This document shows, piece after piece, positions 1 through 9,337 of a stretch of 64,000 nt of DNA. This stretch comes from an uncultured Staphylococcaceae bacterium. Its GTDB lineage: Bacteria; Bacillota_I; Bacilli_A; RFN20; CAG-826. The notes beneath the pieces were generated by a model, which was given only the letters and a program-made list of their open reading frames with translations, was not told where the DNA came from and did no database searches. The position numbers and the translations under genes are program-made. Position 1 is the first letter of the stretch, and each line of letters starts with the position of its first letter. Location: positions 71,263 through 135,262 of the forward strand of contig CAYMRJ010000001.1 in NCBI GenBank assembly GCA_964392865.1. The letters run 5' to 3'.

Positions 1-528
1 GCGCCCATAAGATTCTTCCCCGTCTTCGATCTCGCGGTAGGCGATCTGCCAATAATCGATCGTGTCTTCGTAATAGCCGTATTCATCTTCGCCTTCGACC
101 GTTTCGGTGAATTCTTCCAGGAAATAGGTCGTGGTCGTCGAGTAGCCATAGGAGTAGACGCTATTGATGCGAGATTCGTATTGCGCCTCTTCGACGACTT
201 CGAAGACGTTGTCTTCGTAGCGCTGGATGGCGACGTAGCCGGTGGCTTCGGCATCGGTGGCCTCGACGGCAAGGCCCCCGGTATAGAGGCTGGTCGTATC
301 GACTATTTCGGTCGCCATCGTTTCCACCCCGATGAGGTATTGGAGGTTCCTTTGGGCCTCATCTAAGATGACGCCGGCTTCGTAGCGGTCGAGGATCTCC
401 CCGGTCGGCGAGGTAAGGAGGGCTCCTCCTTCGTTCGTAGTGCTTTCTTCGCTCTCCGAGGCCAGGTTGCAGGCTCCTAATAGGAGCGCGGCCGCGGCGA
501 GAGAGAATGCGGAAACTTTCTTGTTCAT
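1..528 (-). CDS. Lipoprotein, 3' end truncated by window edge (N-term MNKKVSAFSLAAAALLLGAC lipobox; Y/E/D-rich body)
   Basis: Minus-strand ATG at 526-528 preceded by GGAAGGGG RBS; signal peptide plus LLGAC lipobox; low-complexity acidic/Tyr-rich composition resembling the 3392-4726 protein. Confidence 0.5.
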   Translation of the reverse strand, partial: MNKKVSAFSLAAAALLLGACNLASESEESTTNEGGALLTSPTGEILDRYEAGVILDEAQRNLQYLIGVETMATEIVDTTSLYTGGLAVEATDAEATGYVAIQRYEDNVFEVVEEAQYESRINSVYSYGYSTTTTYFLEEFTETVEGEDEYGYYEDTIDYWQIAYREIEDGEESYGR

Positions 529-637
529 GAATTTTCCCCTTCCATTGTTTCTAAATTAAAGCACGGAAGGGGGATGTAGTCGACATGGCAAAATAGGCTT
601 GTTGCCTTGCTTTTTTATATTCGAAACGATTTAGGAA

Positions 638-1366
638 TCAATGTTCCAAGGCAAGGAATTCGCCAAGGCGTTTGTCGGAGGTATTCCCGAACACTTCCTT
701 GGGGGTCCCTTCGACCCTGATCTCCCCTTGGTCCATGAAGATGACGCGGTCGGCGACTTGCTCCGCGAAGGACATCTCGTGGGTCACGACGACCATCGTG
801 ACGCCCTTAAGGGCGAGGTTCCGCATAGTCGAGAGGACTTCGTGCGTCATCTCGGGATCGAGGGCGCTCGTCGGCTCGTCGAAAAGGATGACGGACGGGT
901 CCATCGAAAGGGCCCTGGCGATGGCGACCCTTTGGCGCTGCCCGCCAGAGAGTTCGCTGACTCTGGCATGGAGGCGTTCGCCGAGGCCGACTTCCTGCAG
1001 ATGCTTGATGGCGATGGCCTCGGCCTCGGCCTTGCTTCTTTTCAGGATCTTGGTTTGGCCGATCACGCAGTTCTTCAGCACGTCCATGTTGTTGAAGAGG
1101 TTGAAGAGCTGGAAGACCATCTGGATCTTCGTGCGGACAGCGTTGATGTTCGTCTTCTTATCGAGGATGTCCTGCCCCTCGAAGCGGATGCTGCCTCCTC
1201 CCGGGACTTCGAGGAGATTGAGGAATCTTAGCAATGTCGTCTTCCCGGAGCCGCTAGGGCCGATGATGGTGAGGCATTCGCCTTCGTTCACGTCGAAAGA
1301 GACGTCCTTGATGATTTCCCCTTCCCCGAAATCCTTCCTGAGGTTCCTGACTTCTATAAGTGCCAT
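638..1366 (-). CDS. Polar amino-acid ABC transporter ATP-binding protein (GlnQ/ArtP family)
   Basis: Walker [10 protein letters not shown], signature [15 protein letters not shown], Walker [13 protein letters not shown]-loop; 242 aa. Confidence 0.9.
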   Translation of the reverse strand: MALIEVRNLRKDFGEGEIIKDVSFDVNEGECLTIIGPSGSGKTTLLRFLNLLEVPGGGSIRFEGQDILDKKTNINAVRTKIQMVFQLFNLFNNMDVLKNCVIGQTKILKRSKAEAEAIAIKHLQEVGLGERLHARVSELSGGQRQRVAIARALSMDPSVILFDEPTSALDPEMTHEVLSTMRNLALKGVTMVVVTHEMSFAEQVADRVIFMDQGEIRVEGTPKEVFGNTSDKRLGEFLALEH

Positions 1367-1376
1367 GATGGTCTCC

Positions 1377-2123
1377 TTAGGCTCCGGCCGCCTTGTAGTG
1401 GAAGAGGCTCACCTTGATCTTCTTCCCGTCGGCCTTCATCTCGATGAGCTTCAAAAGGCCGGTGGCTAGAAGGGTCAAAACCAGATAGATGACGGCGGTA
1501 ATCAGATACGTAGCCATGAACATGTAGTTCTTGTTGGCGGCCGACTGGGCTTCGTAATAAAGCTCGGTGACGCCGATGACGTTGAGGACGCTAGAGTCCT
1601 TGATATTGACGATGAACTCGTTTCCGATCGTCGGGATGGCGTTTCTTAGCGCCTGCGGCAAGGTCACGTAATAAAGGGCCTTGACGGAGGAAAAGCCAAG
1701 GGACCTCGCCCCTTCGTACTGGCCTTTGTCGACGCCGTTTAGGCCGGCGCGGACGATCTCGCACATATAGGCGGCCGTATTCAAGGTGATGACGATGAGG
1801 CCGGCCCAAAGCCACCCGTTGAAGACATCGACGCCGGGGAGAATCGAATTCCAATTGAGGCCCATGGCCTGGCAGCCGTACTTGAAGAGCATCGCCTGGA
1901 CCATCATCGGGGTGCCCCTGATGACGGTCGAGTAGGCCGTGCAAAGCCAGACGATCGGCCGCTTGTACCAGCGGTCCTTCTTCATGTTCTTCCCAAGGCC
2001 CAGGAAGATCCCGATCAGCAGGCCCCCGAAGGTCCCGATGACGGCCAAGACGATGGTCGAAGCGGTGCCTCTAAGGTAAAAAAGCCAGTAATTGGAAAGG
2101 AGATAGCCTATGTCGCTAGCCAT
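1377..2123 (-). CDS. Polar amino-acid ABC transporter permease (His/Glu/Gln/Arg/opine family)
   Basis: Multi-TM protein with conserved EAA-like loop ([22 protein letters not shown]); operonic with ATPase. Confidence 0.85.
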   Translation of the reverse strand: MASDIGYLLSNYWLFYLRGTASTIVLAVIGTFGGLLIGIFLGLGKNMKKDRWYKRPIVWLCTAYSTVIRGTPMMVQAMLFKYGCQAMGLNWNSILPGVDVFNGWLWAGLIVITLNTAAYMCEIVRAGLNGVDKGQYEGARSLGFSSVKALYYVTLPQALRNAIPTIGNEFIVNIKDSSVLNVIGVTELYYEAQSAANKNYMFMATYLITAVIYLVLTLLATGLLKLIEMKADGKKIKVSLFHYKAAGA

Positions 2124-2124
2124 A

Positions 2125-2979
2125 TCAGCTGGCCGAGGCCGAACGGATGACGGCGGCTTCCATCAGCTCGGTCCTTTCGTCCTCATCGATGAGGCCCAAG
2201 GCGTAATTGACGTCCTCGAGCAATTCGTCGTTCCCCTGCTGGATAGCAATCGAGACCCCGAGCTCGGACCTCGCTTCGCCGAGGATCTCCTGATCCATAT
2301 GGACGATGCCGAGGTTGTCGAAGCTGGAGACGATCGAATTGGCGACCGGGAGTTCGGCCGTCATGGCGAAGGCACTCCCGTTGCTTACGTCGGTAGCCGC
2401 CAAGGCAAAGGAATCGACAGGATTGGCGTGGATGGCCCCGTATTCGCTAGCGAAGGTATCGATGACGTCATCGGTCACCGTATTGCTTTGGCTCACGATT
2501 ATTTGGTTACTCACGAAGGAGGCGAAGGTCTCTTCGTCCAAGGTCGTCCCTTCGTAGGGATCGCTATATTGGCTTTGGGTGACGAGGACCAATTCGCTTC
2601 TATAGTATTCGTCGCTGAAATCGACGGAGAGGCGGCGCTCCTCCGTATCAGTCATCCCGGCGATGACGAGGTTGATGGTCCCGTATTGGAGGTCGGGGAT
2701 GAGGCTTTCCCAGGCGGTCCTGACGATCTGGACGTCCCTATCCAAGATCTCGCCTAGCCTTTTGGCAATCTGGACGTCGTAGCCGTCGGCATAGACCCCG
2801 GCGGCGTTCTGGACCGGGAGGGTATATTCGTTTTCTTCCGACTCCGCCCAGTTGAAGGGGGCGTAGTTCACTTCCATCCCGACGACGAGGACGTCATTGG
2901 TTACCTCGGTCGACGAGCAGCCCGAAAGCAGGGCGAGGACGGGGAGGGCCGCCAAAAAGGCGACGGTTTTCTTCTGCAT
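2125..2979 (-). CDS. Amino-acid ABC transporter substrate-binding lipoprotein
   Basis: Signal peptide + LLSGCSS lipobox; SBP family 3-like length (284 aa); first gene of the ABC operon. Confidence 0.75.
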   Translation of the reverse strand: MQKKTVAFLAALPVLALLSGCSSTEVTNDVLVVGMEVNYAPFNWAESEENEYTLPVQNAAGVYADGYDVQIAKRLGEILDRDVQIVRTAWESLIPDLQYGTINLVIAGMTDTEERRLSVDFSDEYYRSELVLVTQSQYSDPYEGTTLDEETFASFVSNQIIVSQSNTVTDDVIDTFASEYGAIHANPVDSFALAATDVSNGSAFAMTAELPVANSIVSSFDNLGIVHMDQEILGEARSELGVSIAIQQGNDELLEDVNYALGLIDEDERTELMEAAVIRSASAS

Positions 2980-3391
2980 TTAGATGCTCCTTTCAAGACC
3001 GTTATCACTTTGGCGATCTCGAATGGACCATCCATAGCTCCTCCAAGGGGATCTTCCCTTGGGAGTTTACGGGGTATTCCCCCGTAACCCAACTCGTCGG
3101 CGCTTAGGCAGTTGCCCCGGCGGTTTCGGCGTTCTTGCTTTTCATCTTCCCCCGTTCTGCCGGTGGGAGAAGGCTACTCGTCCGTAACGCTCCTCTATAC
3201 GATCTCGGGCGTATTTTCCAAACGCCGGGCTTAATGTCAATCCCAATTTTTCCAATGCCGGACTCTGGCATTCGAAAAAGACCCGAAACAATGAGGACTT
3301 CGGGGCAAAGACACTGAAAATATTTAGTGATTTGTAAATCTAGTCATTGAAATGCACCGCCAACCGATTTTAATAACGCGCATACCGGAAG

Positions 3392-4726
3392 ATGGTCCGG
3401 CTTGAAACCGAGGAACAATCAATGAGATTCAAGAAACTTCCGCTTCTATTGGCGATCGCCGGCTTGGGGCTCTCCTCCTGCGGCGAGTTCGCTCCCGAGG
3501 AATCCCTCGATTCTTCCGTCGATTTCGAAGAGACGGCGACATCGGAAATCTTTGATTCTTCTTCGGAAGAACCGATCGAATCCACCAGTAGCGAAGAGCC
3601 AATCGAAACGACGTCGAGCGACGAGGAACCGGAAGAAGACGATATCGATTGGCAGGAAGGCTGGCCGGAAGAGGAAATCGCCGCCTATCTCGCCGATTAC
3701 GTCGGCTATGCGGGCGAGTATTCGGTTCCGGTTCCTAGCGACTCCGATGGCAAGTTCACCATCGAAACGAAGAGGCTCATGTATAGTTCCTCCTACTCCA
3801 ACGTCATCGAGGTCCTCGCCAAGGGCGACTTCACCGATTACGCGGACGAAGTCGCGGTAGCCGCGGGCTGGAACGACGTCGAATGGTATAGCCTAAGGAA
3901 AGGCTATAGTCTCCTCCACACCTCTGACTTCGAACTCGAAATCCGCGTCTTGGCCTATGACGAAGAGGCCGATACGACGAAGGTCCATATCCTCCCTTCC
4001 CAGGGCGAATACGGCCTTTGGCCGGAAGAGCAGATCGCGGAAGAAATGACGAGAATCCTCGGAACGTCGACCTATATCCCTTTGCCTGCCTTCGATAACG
4101 GGACCATGTATCAGATGTATTACCAGGGCACCTACTTCTTCATCGATGTCTACGGCTTAGACAGCATCGAACAATACACGAGGCTCCTCGATGGCTTTAC
4201 CTACAACGAGTGGTGGAAGTACTACGGCTACCACGATCCCCTTTTGGAATATCTGGTCGCCATCGTCGACTACATCGAAATGGATACTTCCCTCCGCATC
4301 TTCATCTACGGGAACGACTATCTCGGCCTCTATAACTCGAACGAGTACTTCGCCTTCTCCGAACTCGTCACCACTTATTACGGCTACCTGACGCCCCTAT
4401 ATGACGTGGCCGCCTCGATGCACGTCCTTGGAAGCGGATGGACTCTGGCCACCGCGACCTACACCTACGACAGCACAACCTACACCTACAGCGACTTCAC
4501 GGTCCTTTATTGGGGCTGGGACAGGAAAACCGGAGTCGCGGAAGACTACGAGGAAGAATATAGATCCGGTCTTCTCTCCGATTCCGCTTGGCTATACGTC
4601 GAAAGCATCGATACCTTCGTCGATACCGGTAGCGGCCAGGTGGGCCTAACCGTCGGCACCGATCAAGGCGCGGACCTCAGCATCTACGTCTCCCAAGGCG
4701 ACTGGACGGAATACCTTCCGGAATAA
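3392..4726 (+). CDS. Lipoprotein of unknown function (acidic Ser/Glu-rich N-terminal linker, Tyr/Trp-rich C-terminal domain)
   Basis: MRFKKLPLLLAIAGLGLSSCGEF lipobox; GAGGAA RBS; imperfect SSEEPIE(S/T)T repeats; followed by intrinsic terminator. Confidence 0.6.
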   Translation: MVRLETEEQSMRFKKLPLLLAIAGLGLSSCGEFAPEESLDSSVDFEETATSEIFDSSSEEPIESTSSEEPIETTSSDEEPEEDDIDWQEGWPEEEIAAYLADYVGYAGEYSVPVPSDSDGKFTIETKRLMYSSSYSNVIEVLAKGDFTDYADEVAVAAGWNDVEWYSLRKGYSLLHTSDFELEIRVLAYDEEADTTKVHILPSQGEYGLWPEEQIAEEMTRILGTSTYIPLPAFDNGTMYQMYYQGTYFFIDVYGLDSIEQYTRLLDGFTYNEWWKYYGYHDPLLEYLVAIVDYIEMDTSLRIFIYGNDYLGLYNSNEYFAFSELVTTYYGYLTPLYDVAASMHVLGSGWTLATATYTYDSTTYTYSDFTVLYWGWDRKTGVAEDYEEEYRSGLLSDSAWLYVESIDTFVDTGSGQVGLTVGTDQGADLSIYVSQGDWTEYLPE

Positions 4727-4743
4727 GGCTTAAAGGAAGAAAG

Positions 4744-4773
4744 GCCCTTGGAAAACCCCCGAGGGCTTTTTTC
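4744..4773 (+). terminator. Rho-independent terminator after lipoprotein gene
   Basis: 8-bp stem GCCCTTGG/CCGAGGGC with 7-nt loop followed by TTTTTT. Confidence 0.6.
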
Positions 4774-4970
4774 TATGGCGATTCCAATAGGAAGATAAAG
4801 GGACGGATGAAGCGGATTTTGCGGAGTTTATGCCTTTTGAAGGGACCAGAAGACCATCTATCCGGAAGGAAAGAAGAAACGGGTCGTCTAATCCAGAAAC
4901 ATCTGAAACGGTTGGGCTGCCATAGACAAAAGAAAAGGCCCTAGAGAGCCTTTCTCTTGTGCTGTTTGCC

Positions 4971-5384
4971 TTATTCCTTGGCGGGTTCGGCCGGCGTCGC
5001 TTCGGCGACCGGAGTGGCCTTGGCTTCGATTGCTCCGGCGGTCAAAGTATCGCCTTGGGTTTCGGTGAGAATCTGCATCCTCTCGCGGCGGCGGGCGTTC
5101 CTCTCTTCGTCCCTATCTTCCTTCTTGGCGAAGGAACTTAGGGCGATGGCGGCAATGACGGCGGCCACGACAAGGATGATGGTGCCCCACCAGCGATACC
5201 CAAGTCCAGTCGCCCCGATGAGGACAGACTCGGTATAGGCGATGGAGTTATCGTCCATCGTGAGGTCGAGGTGGCTACCGACGATGCCGCAGATGATGAG
5301 GGCAAGGCCGGTAAGGGCCACGAGTATGAGGATGACGTAGAGGGCGATTTCGCCTCTTCTGAGCTTTAGGGATTTCTTATTCAT
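4971..5384 (-). CDS. Small membrane protein (two TM helices, charged C-terminal tail)
   Basis: 137 aa; hydrophobic segments ALYVILILVALTGLALIICGIV and WWGTIILVVAAVIAAIAL; abuts upstream gene (5387). Confidence 0.5.
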   Translation of the reverse strand: MNKKSLKLRRGEIALYVILILVALTGLALIICGIVGSHLDLTMDDNSIAYTESVLIGATGLGYRWWGTIILVVAAVIAAIALSSFAKKEDRDEERNARRRERMQILTETQGDTLTAGAIEAKATPVAEATPAEPAKE

Positions 5385-5386
5385 GC

Positions 5387-6310
5387 TTATGCCTTGGGAA
5401 GGCCGGTGACGGGATCGAGTTCGATGCCGTTAGAGGACTTCTTCTCCTCCTTCTTTTCTTCGCTTGCGGCCGGGCGGATCTGGCCTTGGTTGGCCTTGGC
5501 CTGGGCGATGAGTTCGTTGATGAGCGGGATGTAGATGGCCCGGAAGGCGGGTTCGACGTCGCGGACGTAGAGGGCGATGCTGTCCTGGGTATCCTTGATG
5601 ACGTCCCCGAAGTTCTTCCCGGCGGGGAGGTCCCTCCTCCCGGTCATCATTTCGCAGAGTTCGGTGACCTTGTCTTCGACGTTCTTGTAGGCCGAATCGG
5701 TCAGGTGGCTATTGGCGCGCACCCCGTTGATCAACGCGATGATCTTTCCGATGTCGCTGCCGATGAAGCGGCTGGAGGGCGATTCCTCGCCCTTGGCTTC
5801 GCGGCGGGCCTGGTTGTAATCGCCGAAGAGCTTGCAGAGATCGGCGACGGTCGTCATGAAGGCGACCCCGCAATAGAGACGGTTTTCGGCGATGTAGACC
5901 TTTTCGGCCTCGGTAACATCCATCTTCTTGTTCTTCGCGTCGCGGATGATCCCGGCGATCATGGCCGAGACGTTGTTATGGATGACAAGCGCCCCTTCGT
6001 AGATGGCCAGATGCTGGGCGTGGTCGACGCGGAGGCCGTCATCGGCGAGCTTCAGGATGGTGGATTCGTCCCCGTAGACGGTCTCGTAGAATTCGCGGAT
6101 CGTCTTTTCGAGCTTCTCGCCGTTTTCCCCGGAGTGGGAAAGGATCGACTTGAGCGGGGTATTCTGGTCGACTTCGACCAATATCGAGCGCTTCTTCTCG
6201 TTATAGGCCCTGGCGTCGTAGGTGTCCTTCTTCAGGCAGTACTCCAAAGTGTCGCGCAGGACGACGTTATAGTGGATCAGAGTGGTGATTACTTCGCTGA
6301 CGTTATTCAT
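5387..6310 (-). CDS. Hypothetical soluble protein (about 307 aa), no recognisable family
   Basis: Chosen start MNNVSEV (ATG at 6308-6310) overlaps stop of upstream HAD gene (ATGA); longer ORF-track start would overlap HAD gene extensively. Confidence 0.5.
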   Translation of the reverse strand: MNNVSEVITTLIHYNVVLRDTLEYCLKKDTYDARAYNEKKRSILVEVDQNTPLKSILSHSGENGEKLEKTIREFYETVYGDESTILKLADDGLRVDHAQHLAIYEGALVIHNNVSAMIAGIIRDAKNKKMDVTEAEKVYIAENRLYCGVAFMTTVADLCKLFGDYNQARREAKGEESPSSRFIGSDIGKIIALINGVRANSHLTDSAYKNVEDKVTELCEMMTGRRDLPAGKNFGDVIKDTQDSIALYVRDVEPAFRAIYIPLINELIAQAKANQGQIRPAASEEKKEEKKSSNGIELDPVTGLPKA

Positions 6311-7176
6311 TTTTCCTTCTTTCCTTCCTTCTCCTCCCTCGGGTAGACGAAGTCTTGAAGTTCGTGGAAGCGCCTGATGATGTGGCTCGCCCTTTTCTTG
6401 ACGGACTCGGGCCCGTGGCTCATGCAATAGGAATTGCCGGGAAAGGCCTGGAACATCGAAATGTCGTTCCCGGAGTCGCCGACAACCAGCACATTATCGC
6501 GATTGAAGCCCTTGTGTTCAAGATAGAAGGCAAGCCCTTCGGCCTTGCTGCACCCCATAGGGGTGATTTCGATGCTGGTCCCGATCCAGGAGAACTCGGC
6601 CCCCGGGAACTCTTCCCTCAGGAACCTATTGGCCTCCATCGCCTTCTTCTTCTGCTTCTTCGTGAAGCCGAAGTAGACCATGATCTTGTAGATCTTCCCC
6701 TTCCTTAGCTCTTCCCTGAAGATGTGGTCGCTTCTGACAAAGGGTTCCTTGTAGGTCCCCATGACCCACTGGTAGAGGAAGTAACCCAGATTGGTAATGT
6801 GGCTGACATCCGTCCGATTGAGGACGAGGTTCCGATCCTTCGTCATCAAGAGGAAGAGGGGCGGGTTGAACTTCTCCCGCATGAATTCGACGATGTGCTG
6901 GGCGAAGTCGGCCGGAAGGAATTCTTCCTTGATCAGTTCCCCGTCAGAAACGACAAAGGCCCCGTTGCAGCCGACGATCCCGACGTTTTGCCTTAGCTTC
7001 TTCCCGACTTTGTTGCTGACGTAGCGGTTCCTGCCGGAGCAGATGACCATCTCCCCTCCGTCATTAAGAAAGGCCTTAAGGAACTTCCGGCTCTTCCTGG
7101 GGATCAGGGAAATGGGGGCTCTAGGATAAAAGAGCGTCCCATCTAGATCCGTGGCGATCACTTTGTCGGTAGACAC
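6307..7176 (-). CDS. Cof-type HAD-IIB family hydrolase/phosphatase
   Basis: Motif I DLDGTL, motif IV GDSGNDISM; 289 aa. Confidence 0.8.
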   Translation of the reverse strand: MSTDKVIATDLDGTLFYPRAPISLIPRKSRKFLKAFLNDGGEMVICSGRNRYVSNKVGKKLRQNVGIVGCNGAFVVSDGELIKEEFLPADFAQHIVEFMREKFNPPLFLLMTKDRNLVLNRTDVSHITNLGYFLYQWVMGTYKEPFVRSDHIFREELRKGKIYKIMVYFGFTKKQKKKAMEANRFLREEFPGAEFSWIGTSIEITPMGCSKAEGLAFYLEHKGFNRDNVLVVGDSGNDISMFQAFPGNSYCMSHGPESVKKRASHIIRRFHELQDFVYPREEKEGKKEK

Positions 7177-7257
7177 GGAGCAATCATAGTAAAAACGCCG
7201 CCCTTTTGCTAGAAAGCAAAAAGCCGGGGCGAGGGCCCCGGCTATTCTAGCTATGCC

Positions 7258-7812
7258 TTAGGCGACTTTGTTTTCGGCCTGGATGACGCCGTAGCCCAAA
7301 TCCTCGCGGCGGTAGCAGACGCTGATCTGGTTGTCGTCTTCGTCGAGGTAGAGGAAGAAATTATGGCCGAGGGCCTCCATCCTCGTGATGGCCTCGTCGA
7401 GGTTCATGGGCTCGAGGTAGTAGCTCTTGGTGCGGACGACTTGCTCCGCCTCTTCGTTTTCTTCTTCTTGCTTGAAGTTTTCGAAGGCGATGGCCTTGCC
7501 TAGAGACGTGGCTTCGTCCTTCCTTCTTTCGACGCGGGTCTTCAGCTTCCTCATCTGCCCTTCGAGCTTATCGATGGCGAGGTCGAAGGCGGCGTAGAGA
7601 TCGTCGTTCCTGACTTCGGTGCGGAAAACCATCGGCTTGGTGAAAATGGTGATTTCGACTTTGGCGCCGACTTTGTAGCTTCTGACGACCGCGCGGCACA
7701 AAACTTCCTCGTTGCTAAGGAAATACTTGTCCATCCGCGCAAGCTTCTTCGTCACCGCTTCCTTGATGGCGTCGGTGACACTGATGTTCTTGCCGATGAT
7801 CTGGTACTTCAT
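7258..7812 (-). CDS. hpf: Ribosome hibernation-promoting factor (long form)
   Basis: 184 aa; N-terminal RaiA/YfiA domain plus C-terminal dimerisation domain typical of Firmicutes HPF. Confidence 0.85.
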   Translation of the reverse strand: MKYQIIGKNISVTDAIKEAVTKKLARMDKYFLSNEEVLCRAVVRSYKVGAKVEITIFTKPMVFRTEVRNDDLYAAFDLAIDKLEGQMRKLKTRVERRKDEATSLGKAIAFENFKQEEENEEAEQVVRTKSYYLEPMNLDEAITRMEALGHNFFLYLDEDDNQISVCYRREDLGYGVIQAENKVA

Positions 7813-7922
7813 CTATGTCCTCCTAGGGTTTCCCCTGCTGATTTCATTTTAAGGAAATGCCGAAACCTGACAATAGGCACGGCCCATTTATTTAGCGAAG
7901 TTTCGGCTTAAGGCCTAACAAG

Positions 7923-9107
7923 TTAGGCGATTTTGCTCTTCTTCGAAAGTAATTCTTTTATTTGCTCGACCTTGTCGAGGCGCTCCCAAGGTAGATCCAA
8001 GTCGGGACGCCCGAAGGCCCCGTAGACGGAGGTGTCCCGATACTTGAATGTCGGATGCCTCAAGGAGAAGGCTTCGATGATAGCCCCGGGCCGCGCATCG
8101 AAGACCTCGCCGACGATGTCCATGATGTCTTGGTCCGAGTAGTGCTTGCTATGGAAGGTGCTGACCGAAATGGAGAAAGGCTCGCTCATCCCGATGGCGT
8201 AGGCCAGCTGGATCTCGAGGCGGTCGGCCGCTCCGGCCGCCACCAGGTTCTTGGCCATGTACCTCGCATAATAGGCGGCCGACCTATCGACCTTTGTCGG
8301 GTCCTTGCCGGAGAAGCTTCCGCCTCCGTGGCGGCAGGCGCCCCCATAGGTATCGACGACGAGCTTCCTGCCGGTCAGGCCGGTATCCCCGAGGGGACCC
8401 CCGATGACGAATTGGCCGGTCGGATTGACGTAGACTTCGAAGTCGTCATTGAGGCCGAAGGATGTAGCGACCGGCACCATCACCTCTTCCCTGATGAATT
8501 TCTTGTAGGCCTCCATATCGATCCCGGGATTATGCTGGATCGACATGAGGATCTTGCTGATTCTGGGGTGGGCGGGATCGGCATAGTCGATGCTTACCTG
8601 GCTCTTCATGTCGGGACGGGCTTCGAGGAACTTGCCTTCTTTCCGTAGGCGTGTCGCCGTCCTAACGAGTTTGTGGGCAATCGAAATCGGCAAAGGCATA
8701 TAGCCTTCCGATTCCTTGGTGGCGTAGCCGAAGACGAAGCCCTGGTCGCCGGCGCCGTTGTCGAGGCTATCTTCCCTTTCGATCCCCATGGCGATGTCGG
8801 GGGACTGTTCCTTGACCCTGACGTCTATCTGGCACGTATCGGCCCCTAGTCCGATTTCCGGACTTGTATAGCCGATATCCCTGATGACCCCGCGGGCGAT
8901 CTTTTCGAAATCGACCTTGCCGCGGCAGGTGATTTCCCCGCCGATGAGGACGTATTCCTCGGTTGCGAAGACCTCGCAGGCCACGTGGCTCAAGGGATCG
9001 AGTCTCAGACATTCATCGAGGATGGCGTCCGCAATCTGGTCGCAGACCTTGTCGGGATGGCCTTCGGAAACCGATTCGGAAGTGAATATCGACGTCTTCT
9101 TCTGCAT
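7923..9107 (-). CDS. metK: S-adenosylmethionine synthetase
   Basis: GHPDK, GAGDQG, GGGSFSGKD motifs; 394 aa. Confidence 0.95.
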   Translation of the reverse strand: MQKKTSIFTSESVSEGHPDKVCDQIADAILDECLRLDPLSHVACEVFATEEYVLIGGEITCRGKVDFEKIARGVIRDIGYTSPEIGLGADTCQIDVRVKEQSPDIAMGIEREDSLDNGAGDQGFVFGYATKESEGYMPLPISIAHKLVRTATRLRKEGKFLEARPDMKSQVSIDYADPAHPRISKILMSIQHNPGIDMEAYKKFIREEVMVPVATSFGLNDDFEVYVNPTGQFVIGGPLGDTGLTGRKLVVDTYGGACRHGGGSFSGKDPTKVDRSAAYYARYMAKNLVAAGAADRLEIQLAYAIGMSEPFSISVSTFHSKHYSDQDIMDIVGEVFDARPGAIIEAFSLRHPTFKYRDTSVYGAFGRPDLDLPWERLDKVEQIKELLSKKSKIA

Positions 9108-9119
9108 GGGGATTCTCCT

Positions 9120-9265
9120 TTGCTGGCAAAAGCCTCCCCGACCTCGGGGGAGAGTCTCCCATCCTCCATCGTTCCGCGGCGGGGGCGGCTAGGGGAAGCA
9201 CTTACCGCTATCGCGGAGTTGCTAGCCGCCTGATCCCCTGGACGCGGCTTCTTGATGGAGGCCTT
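9120..9265 (-). ncRNA. SAM-I (S-box) riboswitch leader with terminator, upstream of metK
   Basis: Minus-strand reads CTCCATCAAGAAG...GGCGGCTAGCAAC...GGTAAGTGC...GAACGATGGAGG (P1 CTCCATC/GATGGAG) then hairpin CTCCCCCGAGGTCGGGGAG + CTTTTGCC before metK ATG. Confidence 0.55.
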
Positions 9266-9337
9266 TTGCCTTAGGGCAAGTTTATGGAAGATCCCCTTCC
9301 CAAACAAGGAAAAAGGATCCCGATGAAACTAAAAGTT

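Noticed and set aside
641-1469. Long plus-strand ORFs (196 and 265 aa) antisense to the glnQ-like ATPase gene
   Set aside because: Products are low-complexity Arg/Pro/Gly-rich with no motifs. Long antisense ORFs are expected from high GC3 codon usage. The sense strand encodes an unmistakable ABC ATPase.
5387-6427. Long N-terminal extension (MHEPRARVRQ...) of the 5387 ORF as annotated by the track
   Set aside because: The extension overlaps 117 nt of the HAD gene in another frame and is Arg/Pro-rich. The internal ATG at 6310 forming an ATGA overlap with the HAD stop is the more plausible start.
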